Shown piece after piece: positions 10,278-17,857 of a stretch of 64,000 bases of DNA. The notes under the pieces are model-generated. The model worked only from the letters and a program-made list of their open reading frames with translations. It did not search any database and was not told the origin of the DNA. Position numbers and translations under genes: made by a program. Numbering within the stretch: the stretch's first letter is position 1; each line of letters begins with the position of its first letter. The DNA comes from Candidatus Omnitrophota bacterium (GTDB lineage: Bacteria; Omnitrophota; Gorgyraeia; Zapsychrales; JANLHA01): assembly GCA_038222225.1 (NCBI GenBank), contig JBBRHV010000003.1, positions 10,331 to 74,330 of the forward strand, written 5' to 3'.

Positions 10278-10562
10278 TTAATTATTTTCAAAAACAAAAA
10301 CAACTTTGGTGTCAGGCGCAATCATACAGATCCCGTCATTAAAACACGTTTTAACTCCATTGACCACCGCGATACCTTTACGAATATTAAAAACATTCTC
10401 AGACACTTTTTTACAGAAAACAACACAATGATTGTCTTCTTTCTGTTGCCTTTCCAGGCCGCCAAGAACATTTGGCGGGATCAGATACTGATAAAACTTT
10501 TCAGTCTCACACTCTTGCATAAGTTTACTTTCCATAACCCCTTCTCCTTGTTCAAAAATCAT
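10278..10562 (-). CDS. Hypothetical protein (4 Cys), immediately upstream of the diguanylate cyclase.
   Basis: 94-aa ORF, no recognised motif. Confidence 0.35.
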   Translation of the reverse strand: MIFEQGEGVMESKLMQECETEKFYQYLIPPNVLGGLERQQKEDNHCVVFCKKVSENVFNIRKGIAVVNGVKTCFNDGICMIAPDTKVVFVFENN

Positions 10563-10629
10563 TTATCGAAATAGACGCACCTCTCCATTCCGCGCTTCTT
10601 ATCTTCCGCACGCTTAACGGCGTTTCTCC

Positions 10630-10818
10630 TTACCGAATACGCACGCCATTCAAGTCGCCTAATATGCCGAATGATTGCAGCAACCAGATCGCCACAACAA
10701 TAACCACAACGACATTTAAAACAGACTTGATCTTGGGATCCATGGGGATATACGTATTCACTAACCATAGAATGACCCCCACAACAACCAAAGCAATAAT
10801 CATTGAAATTAATGACAT
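10630..10818 (-). CDS. Small two-TM membrane protein (62 aa).
   Basis: Strong RBS AAAGGAGGG before the ATG at 10818; MSLISMIIALVVVGVILWLV...VVVIVVAIWLL. Confidence 0.55.
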   Translation of the reverse strand: MSLISMIIALVVVGVILWLVNTYIPMDPKIKSVLNVVVVIVVAIWLLQSFGILGDLNGVRIR

Positions 10819-11157
10819 TGTCCTACCCTCCTTTTTAGAATTTATCTTAGATAATTGCCAGAGTAACACATAAAATCATGACAATCCGCCGCATTCCCTG
10901 CAAAATATATTGCCCTTATTTTTTTGGTTTAAAAAACCAGGGGCAAGCGACTTTAATGCGCCACCGCAAATGGGTCCAGCAATCCGTATTTTGCCCGTCC
11001 GGCTTCTCTTCAAAATCATTCTCTGAAGAAACCTCAGCATTGTCTTTTCTTCTCTCTTGATATTGTTTCGCCTTATTTTTCATACTTGACCTGCCCTTCA
11101 CCTTTATTTTGGGCATCGTCCCTTTTCTGGTTTTTCATCACTGCTTGCTGTTACCTG

Positions 11158-12012
11158 TCAAACCGTGATCTTTGTCTTTCTAAACCTTATTCCCAGCAAC
11201 CCTAATCCTAAAAGCGCTACGGTAGCCGGTTCCGGAACGACTGCTGAGGAGACATCCGGCACAACTTTACCGTTTGCATCAAATACAAGCCCGCCGCTTA
11301 AACCATGGCTGGCATTGCAAATGGCAGAAATATCGTTTGTATCCATCGTCACTGCGCCCTTTAGCGCAAGGGCTCTGCCGCACAAAATATCTGCATCGGT
11401 AGTCAGCGTGATGCTCTGATCCGCAAGAATATTGCCTATAAATGAAGTCCCTGTGCCGAGAGTCGCAGAAGTGCCAACCTGCCAGAACAGACCATCATTC
11501 AAGCCTGGATTGATCACCGACACCGATGAAGAGGACGCCGTTGTAAGTGTGCTCCCGATCTGAAAAGCCCAGAACGCATTATCAAGACCCTGAGCATCTA
11601 GCGTAAGTGGCCCCGTCAACTGAGCCGACGAGTTAAAATGATAAACGCCTGAAGTAAGCGTGAGTCCGCCAAGATCCTGACCAGTCAGGTCACTAGTGAA
11701 CGGCATATTAAAAAGGCCAGTCCACGCTGTGATGGCATCATTCCGAGCCTGAAGAGACACCCCATCGGGTCCGTGTATCGTTCCAGCAACAGTCCCCGGC
11801 CCTCCGGGAACATCAAAACCAACAATCGCGCTCCCTGGGGAAACACCCAAATCTCCAGTAACGGTACTCGAGCCAGTATTGGCTACCGTCGAACTACCTA
11901 AAACTCCGAAACTCTCCCCCAAACCTAATATCGAAGCAAGCCCTGTGGTAGGACTATGGAAAAAAATGATTACTGCCACGACTGCCGAAATGATTAAATA
12001 TTTGCCTCTCAT
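11158..12012 (-). CDS. PEP-CTERM sorting-domain protein with an ice-binding-like (DUF3494-type) Gly/Thr-rich beta domain.
   Basis: Signal peptide; C-terminal VPEPATVALLGLGLLGIRFRK (PEP motif + TM + basic tail). Confidence 0.8.
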   Translation of the reverse strand: MRGKYLIISAVVAVIIFFHSPTTGLASILGLGESFGVLGSSTVANTGSSTVTGDLGVSPGSAIVGFDVPGGPGTVAGTIHGPDGVSLQARNDAITAWTGLFNMPFTSDLTGQDLGGLTLTSGVYHFNSSAQLTGPLTLDAQGLDNAFWAFQIGSTLTTASSSSVSVINPGLNDGLFWQVGTSATLGTGTSFIGNILADQSITLTTDADILCGRALALKGAVTMDTNDISAICNASHGLSGGLVFDANGKVVPDVSSAVVPEPATVALLGLGLLGIRFRKTKITV

Positions 12013-12084
12013 TTGTGCCCCATCGCGTTATTGTGTTATAAAACTCTATTGTATTATTAAACTCACTACTCCCTATTCATGTCC

Positions 12085-12747
12085 TTATTGACTCATGGTA
12101 GTTGTTGTTGTGGTAGTCGTTGTTGTGCCCATAGTAGTTGGTGCATACAATGTAATATCCCGCGCTTGTTTGTTCCCCTCCACCATCACGTAATCAACCT
12201 TTACCACATCACCGGGCTTTAATACTAATTCGACCGGCTGACTGCTTGGACTTTTCATCACAACGATCGTCTGGGGGTCAAAAATGAAATCAGAAGTCCT
12301 GCGTATTTCATCTTGCCCCATCCTTACCCTTTCTTCAACGACCAGCGTTCCGGCCTGGGTATCGATTGCCTTAAGCTCGCCAAAAGCCTGCTGGAACTCA
12401 GACACGGGCAAGGGTTCAACAATAATTTTTGGTACAACCGAATCCCCTTGACCATCGAGCACTTCAATGGTGACATTTTGACCTGCACGCAAGTCCGCAA
12501 CATTGAGAAACTTCTCATCCTTAGGGTCAGTGACCCTCGTATCATTCTGGCTAATTCGATACGCTGTTGTTTGCGTACCCTTCGGCACGTCTTGATTTAA
12601 CTCTAACTTGCCCGATTGAACATCGACCCATCCAATCTCTCCTGATACACGGTGCGTATCCCTATTCTCCGCGCTGCATACAGAAATGCCCGCAAGCAGC
12701 ACAAAAACCGCAACTGCGACCACGTGTTTAAAATTGTTTGCATTCAT
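12085..12747 (-). CDS. Secreted protein, paralog A (MNANNF... signal peptide, SGEIxxxDxxxGxLxL domain, poly-Thr tail).
   Basis: RBS AAAGGAG; signal peptide; shares N-terminal architecture with 12929..13459. Confidence 0.6.
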   Translation of the reverse strand: MNANNFKHVVAVAVFVLLAGISVCSAENRDTHRVSGEIGWVDVQSGKLELNQDVPKGTQTTAYRISQNDTRVTDPKDEKFLNVADLRAGQNVTIEVLDGQGDSVVPKIIVEPLPVSEFQQAFGELKAIDTQAGTLVVEERVRMGQDEIRRTSDFIFDPQTIVVMKSPSSQPVELVLKPGDVVKVDYVMVEGNKQARDITLYAPTTMGTTTTTTTTTTMSQ

Positions 12748-12928
12748 AGATTGTACTCCTTTTTCATTTTGATTTTCAACGCTATGCTTTCATGAAGCCC
12801 CGCGGACTAAAGTCCGCGGTTCCATTTTCTGCGAGATCCCGCGGGGCGGAATCTCGACCGAAACGCCTCCCATCCCCCATCTAAAGATAGGGGTGTTTCG
12901 GCGTCGGGATAAAAAAAACTGTTGTTTT

Positions 12929-13459
12929 TTAAAACTCCACCTTGACCTGTCCCTCCCCTTTATTCTGCGAATCTTCCATGAGTTGCGTTGCTTCCGCTTT
13001 TTTCTCTGTCTTTTCTTCAGCCTTCATTTTGGCTCGGAATTCTTTATTCTCCTTGCCCTTGAAAACATCCTTAGTTCTCTTAAATTGGGCTTTTTCATCA
13101 GCCCGCTCCTGTGCAGAGCTGGGAGCCACCACAATCCTTTTAACAACCTGACCTTTTTTGCTTTTTTTAATGTCCATCGTGACATACTGGCCTGGCTGCA
13201 GCTCCTTGATCGAACGCAGCTTTTTATCTGAAGAATTCATGATATGTTTTTCATTGCGGCCAATTCTATACTCCATGATCTCTCCCCTGCTTTGGGGAGC
13301 ATCGCTCTTAAGCTGAATCGTACCCAGCGTCAGGTCTATCCCTACAATTTCCCCTGAGACTTGACTCACCTTCGCCGCTTCACAAACGGGCGCAAAAATG
13401 CCAGCGAAAAGCACAACAGCCGCACCCACGATCATCACTTTTAAAAAATTTGCATTCAT
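12929..13459 (-). CDS. Secreted protein, paralog B (MNANFLKV... signal peptide; Lys/Glu-rich C-terminus).
   Basis: Internal Met with RBS AAAGGAG; domain SGEIVGIDLTLGTIQLKSD parallels paralog A. Confidence 0.55.
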   Translation of the reverse strand: MNANFLKVMIVGAAVVLFAGIFAPVCEAAKVSQVSGEIVGIDLTLGTIQLKSDAPQSRGEIMEYRIGRNEKHIMNSSDKKLRSIKELQPGQYVTMDIKKSKKGQVVKRIVVAPSSAQERADEKAQFKRTKDVFKGKENKEFRAKMKAEEKTEKKAEATQLMEDSQNKGEGQVKVEF

Positions 13460-13561
13460 GGCATACACTCCTTTCTGTTCTTCATTCCCAATCCACACCC
13501 CCATGAAAACAGATTTCTTTCCGGTCTTTCATTCCCTCTAAGTTATAAAAAATCCTGATCT

Positions 13562-14026
13562 CTATTCAGCATTCAAAAAAGCAATACGGGCCTTGTGCAT
13601 CCCGGGTAAAACGTCGGTAAAATGCTCCAGCATATCCTCCGAAGATTTCAACTTAACAATCTCCATTTCGCTCTGGTAACGCGCCACATCACATCCGGTT
13701 TCATTTTTAATGATCTTTTCAATGCCGGCCATGCTGCTGGTCTTGGGATCAAATTTGATCATCCTCATGTCTTTTTGATTCAAAGAACTGAACGCCCCTC
13801 CGGGAAGATAAATCGTGCCATTATTAAAATCAACGGCATAGGCAATGATGCCCGGAATAAGAAAGAACAGCAACCCGATCCCGTCCAAGACGGCAATACC
13901 GGCATCGATCTTACCGCCTCTTTGCCCTTTCCGTTCAGGGTACATAATGGTCCCGCAACCCGCTAGTTGAAAAACGAGTACAGTACATATCAACGTATAG
14001 AAGACTTTGGTTATCTTGTTTAACAT
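13562..14026 (-). CDS. Lipoprotein (LAGC lipobox) with an internal hydrophobic segment.
   Basis: MLNKITKVFYTLICTVLVFQLAGCG signal/lipobox. Confidence 0.6.
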   Translation of the reverse strand: MLNKITKVFYTLICTVLVFQLAGCGTIMYPERKGQRGGKIDAGIAVLDGIGLLFFLIPGIIAYAVDFNNGTIYLPGGAFSSLNQKDMRMIKFDPKTSSMAGIEKIIKNETGCDVARYQSEMEIVKLKSSEDMLEHFTDVLPGMHKARIAFLNAE

Positions 14027-14041
14027 ATGCTCCCTTTTTTT

Positions 14042-14458
14042 TTAGATCGTTTTTTTTATGGACCCATCAGCCGACAAAACATCTGCGCTGAGCTCAAACG
14101 CATGCCGCATCATCAATTCAAACGCTTTTTTGCTGAGATGTTCAAAAACAATTCCAAGCACTTCATGGGTCGGCTCTGACTTGGCCCAGGCCACACGGCC
14201 CCGAGTCTTAAAATTTTCTTTATTTGAAAGATAAATTTTCAGTTGAACCTGATGTTGCACGCGCGGATGCCCGAGCACAATGATCGAGGCACCATCCAAA
14301 CTTAAATCCTTCGTAAAAGACTGAACAAGAGGCCCCCTGTCCTTCCCATAACATTCAACGCGTTTATTTACTTCCCAACGGGGAAAATATCTTTTATCGT
14401 ACTTTTTTTCCCTCTGCCCTATGTTCCTTTGCTTGACGTCCAATATACCGTGAGCCAT
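14042..14458 (-). CDS. PilZ-domain c-di-GMP binding protein.
   Basis: KRYFPRWEV (RxxxR-like) and DLSLDGASI (DxSxxG) motifs; GGAGGG RBS before the second ATG. Confidence 0.7.
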   Translation of the reverse strand: MAHGILDVKQRNIGQREKKYDKRYFPRWEVNKRVECYGKDRGPLVQSFTKDLSLDGASIIVLGHPRVQHQVQLKIYLSNKENFKTRGRVAWAKSEPTHEVLGIVFEHLSKKAFELMMRHAFELSADVLSADGSIKKTI

Positions 14459-14564
14459 AGGACCCTCCTTCACCGTTTTCCCATACCGCTAAATGGAACT
14501 CGAAATCCCCGCCAAAATAGTATCTCCAGAGTACCTGTTTATTTGGCGAAGATTCCATTCCCAA

Positions 14565-15137
14565 TTATTTCTTTCCGCTTCTTGAAAAAGGCTCTTTAAC
14601 AACAACCTTGACACCATCGATTGTTCCTGTTGCCGCGTCTTTGACCTTATCCCCCACCGACGCGCTGATGTCATACGCAGCCTTAACAGCTCCGGACGCG
14701 GCTTCAGCAGCTGCTTTTTCCACATCAATACCCGTCTCTTTGGCCGAATGGATAACTCCTTTGATCAATCCTTTGGTTGCGACACCGACATCTCCCCCTA
14801 TATCAAAGGTTGCTTTGATGACCCGGCCGCCTAAGGCCCTGATCACAGTGAGCGCTTCTGCTCCTGCTGCCTTGGATCCCTTTAATATCCCTACAACAAG
14901 TCCCTTGACCCCATCCTCCAGATTTTTTCCGGTTTCCACAATACCGCTGATCGTTGCACTGATCACATCCTGAGCTGATTCGATCAACGCCGCTCCGGTT
15001 TTGCCTGTCTCTTTGGCCAAGTTGCTCACAACTTTGCTGATCGTATCAATGATCGCATTGACAAGATCCCCTGTTCCTGTAATGATACCGACGATATCGT
15101 CCTTCACTGTTTCGACAATCTCTTTTGTTGTGCTCAT
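14565..15137 (-). CDS. Gly/Ala/Val/Ile/Lys-rich repeat protein, predicted all-helical amphipathic (LEA/apolipoprotein/phasin-like); function unknown.
   Basis: 190 aa of about 11-residue periodic repeats (GIVETGKNLEDGVKGLVVGILKG...); RBS GGGAGGTG. Confidence 0.55.
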   Translation of the reverse strand: MSTTKEIVETVKDDIVGIITGTGDLVNAIIDTISKVVSNLAKETGKTGAALIESAQDVISATISGIVETGKNLEDGVKGLVVGILKGSKAAGAEALTVIRALGGRVIKATFDIGGDVGVATKGLIKGVIHSAKETGIDVEKAAAEAASGAVKAAYDISASVGDKVKDAATGTIDGVKVVVKEPFSRSGKK

Positions 15138-15239
15138 TCCACACCTCCCTGCCTGCTGCCGCGTAGACTCCGCAGACTATTTTTTCTTCTTTTATTGAAT
15201 GCTCCATCTGTCAACCGCTGCTGACCGCAGCGACACACA

Positions 15240-16040
15240 TTAGTTCTTGGATAACGTATCATCCAACGTCATGTTATTAACCACACTAGTTACTCCATTA
15301 ACATCATTGGCGACTTTACCAGCCATATCTTTTCCGGCTGCATTACTAGCCTTGCCGCTTAAGGTGACCACGCCATTATTCGTCGTAACCCCGGTCTTAA
15401 AAAAGCTGGTCGAGTGGTGCGTTAAGAGCGCCATTTTAACCTGGGCGGTGATCGATGCATCATCGATCTTGTCAGCCATGGTTGGCTCCTGCATCACCGG
15501 TTTTTTGGCATAGATCGACCTTGAAACTTTGGCGACCGTCATCTCATTCTGGACGTCTTTCACGCCATTGATATCCTTAGCGTATTCCCCGGCCAGATCC
15601 TTTTGCGCCTGATTCGCGGCCTCCCCCTGCAATGTGACGACCCCCTCCTTAACGAAAACCTGAGTATTGATGCCGCTCACATTTCGATTATAAAGAAGCG
15701 AATACTTCACCTGCATGCTGATCCATCCATCAGAGCTTTCAGCCGGAGGAGTATTTTTCAGCTTCAGTTGGTTGTCGACACTTTTGACTCCCGGAAGGCT
15801 TGCCACGGTCTCCTGAGCTAATCCTTTATGCGACCCTTCTTCAACGGTTCCCGTCAACGTGACCACACCGTCCTTGGCCTGAAGGTTGACACTGTCATCT
15901 TTAAGATACGTTTTAAAAACATACGAATTTTTTGCTGACGCTTCAATGCGGTTATCCATCTCAGAGGCGCGCGCAGAAACGCTTGAGAGCAACACAACAG
16001 CTGTGACCGCAATGACGACTTTGGAATAATTGACATTCAT
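15240..16040 (-). CDS. osmY: Periplasmic BON-domain protein (OsmY-like, three BON repeats).
   Basis: Signal peptide; repeated GVVTLTGTV / GVVTLQGEA / GVVTLSGKA BON cores. Confidence 0.8.
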   Translation of the reverse strand: MNVNYSKVVIAVTAVVLLSSVSARASEMDNRIEASAKNSYVFKTYLKDDSVNLQAKDGVVTLTGTVEEGSHKGLAQETVASLPGVKSVDNQLKLKNTPPAESSDGWISMQVKYSLLYNRNVSGINTQVFVKEGVVTLQGEAANQAQKDLAGEYAKDINGVKDVQNEMTVAKVSRSIYAKKPVMQEPTMADKIDDASITAQVKMALLTHHSTSFFKTGVTTNNGVVTLSGKASNAAGKDMAGKVANDVNGVTSVVNNMTLDDTLSKN

Positions 16041-16241
16041 AAAACACCTTCCTTTATAGTAAACTGCTTATGTTTGAATGGACTCTCTTTCTAAAACCGG
16101 CCCAAACCCTGATTCACGCATATGATTCACGCGGTTTTCTTTTTCCCGAGGACAAATATGAGAACCGATAAAATAATAAACACAAAAAATGTCGCTGCCC
16201 AATGCAACATAAGGGCCTCCTTTCTTAAACGATCCCCATGA

Positions 16242-16478
16242 CTACTTCAACAAAGATCCCCGCTGGATCTGATCCTTACGGATGTTATACTCCTGCTGAG
16301 TGATCTTTTTATTCTTCAGGTCTTCATTTAACTGGTTCATTTGTCGCTCTGCCTGAATTTCATATCCGGCTCCCGCGCCTAAAGCCCCGGCCCCGGCGCC
16401 TCCCCAAAAAGATCCGCTGCATCCTGCCAGCACGATCCCTGAAAGCACGATCAATAACCCTATTGATTTTTTCATCAC
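16242..16478 (-). CDS. Small lipoprotein with a glycine zipper (GAGAGALGAGAG).
   Basis: Lipobox LAGCS, Gly-zipper, short helical tail. Confidence 0.6.
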   Translation of the reverse strand: MMKKSIGLLIVLSGIVLAGCSGSFWGGAGAGALGAGAGYEIQAERQMNQLNEDLKNKKITQQEYNIRKDQIQRGSLLK

Positions 16479-16521
16479 GATCCTCCTGCCTCTTTGATGA
16501 GCATTCCCTGCTCATGTGTCT

Positions 16522-16647
16522 TTATATCCGTTGAATACCTGCCCCTGTATTCTCGATATCTTTTCCAGCGCCTTTCACCATATTGCAACCCGAAACTGAA
16601 ACCGCTAAAAATAAGACAATAAGAATCACTACACTTTTATTTTTCAT
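16522..16647 (-). CDS. ecnAB: Entericidin A/B-like small lipoprotein (41 aa).
   Basis: Translated by hand: MKNKSVVILIVLFLAVSVSGCNMVKGAGKDIENTGAGIQRI; matches the entericidin pattern L-x-GCNT-x-GAGKD-x-x-x-G. Confidence 0.6.
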   Translation of the reverse strand: MKNKSVVILIVLFLAVSVSGCNMVKGAGKDIENTGAGIQRI

Positions 16648-16660
16648 GTCCTCCCCCTTT

Positions 16661-17029
16661 CTAAAACGCCAGATTAATCAAATCAACTAGTGTCTGGTCA
16701 TTAAACGGTTTTTGTAAAAATCCTACGGCCCCTGCACTTAAGGCTTGCTCTCTAAGGTGCCCGTTCTTGTCCGCCGTAATGATGATGACCGGGCGCGTGG
16801 AACCGGATTTAATGATCCGTTTTATCGCTTCCCATCCATCCAGTCCCGGCATGTGAAGATCAAGGATCAAACAACCCTCCGTACTATTCGGCACTGCACT
16901 AAAAAATTTCTCTGCCGAAGGAAATGTCTCTACCTTAAATCCAAACGTAACCAGAAGAAATTTAAGAGCACGGCAAATCGATTCATCGTCGTCAACTATA
17001 TAAATATTCTTTTTGAGTATAATCTTCAT
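16661..17029 (-). CDS. Single-domain response regulator (CheY-like receiver).
   Basis: IYIVDDDESICRALKFLL...LILDLHMPGLDGWEAI...KP. Confidence 0.8.
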   Translation of the reverse strand: MKIILKKNIYIVDDDESICRALKFLLVTFGFKVETFPSAEKFFSAVPNSTEGCLILDLHMPGLDGWEAIKRIIKSGSTRPVIIITADKNGHLREQALSAGAVGFLQKPFNDQTLVDLINLAF

Positions 17030-17065
17030 AACGTTATCCTCTTTTTAACTCCATACTAACCACAA

Positions 17066-17674
17066 TCAAGAAAGAAACAATTGTACCTGGGTATCATCCG
17101 CCACCTTCGGCGCCAACACATGGCACATATATAACCGCGCCCGATGAAGCAGGACATAAAGATTTTCAACACTGATATTTAAGATCTCGCATATCTCTGC
17201 AACGTCCATCTGTTCTATTTCCCGAAGGTAAAAAGCCTCTGCGACCGCCTCCGGTAATTCCTGCAGACAATCAAAGAAGGCCGGCCAGAATTTCTTTGTT
17301 TGAGCTTCTTTGCCCGGATCAAGCTCATGGATGCCCAACAAATTCCTGTGTCGGCCTTGTTGATCAAAAAAACTGTTGCTAGCTGCCTCATTTTCCCGAA
17401 CATCTTTGAATGGTTTTTTCTGAAAGACCTTGCGGAAATGATCCCGGATCTTAGCCTCCAGCATATCCGTCAGCCAAACCCCTTCATCTGACAATCCTCC
17501 GAAACGGCGCTTTGTATCTGCCGCAGATAAAAGTGTCTCTTGCACAAGGGTTTCTGCCTGTGCGGAATATTTCACCCGCCTTAAGGCAAGCGTGTAAAGT
17601 TGTTGGCCATACTGATCCACCCACAGATCAGTATCAATAGTCCCCGAACTCTTTTCCTTCAGCACGTGTACCAT
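17066..17674 (-). CDS. ECF-type sigma-70 family sigma factor (alternative upstream start at 17743).
   Basis: Region 2 (LYTLALRRVKYSAQAETLVQETLL) and region 4 (LPEAVAEAFYLREIEQMDVAEICEILNISVENLYVLLHRAR). Confidence 0.75.
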   Translation of the reverse strand: MVHVLKEKSSGTIDTDLWVDQYGQQLYTLALRRVKYSAQAETLVQETLLSAADTKRRFGGLSDEGVWLTDMLEAKIRDHFRKVFQKKPFKDVRENEAASNSFFDQQGRHRNLLGIHELDPGKEAQTKKFWPAFFDCLQELPEAVAEAFYLREIEQMDVAEICEILNISVENLYVLLHRARLYMCHVLAPKVADDTQVQLFLS

Positions 17675-17857
17675 GGCAACCCTCTCATCTTTTTTACCCC
17701 TGAAAAAAGAAACACGCCTTCTGCTCACAGGCTTTAGCTTCACACCTGTTGAGCATTGTAGGCTTTATCAAAAAAAGGACAATTGTACCAGGGTATAACT
17801 GATGAATGAACAGATGCGGACGAAAAAACTCTTTATCACGATGGAAAAAATTTTTAA

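Noticed and set aside
10878-11116. Small basic ORFs (10916..11116 minus, 10878..11060 plus) between the membrane protein and PEP-CTERM genes
   Set aside because: Mutually overlapping, no RBS, low-complexity. Likely non-coding spacer, although a tiny basic protein cannot be excluded.
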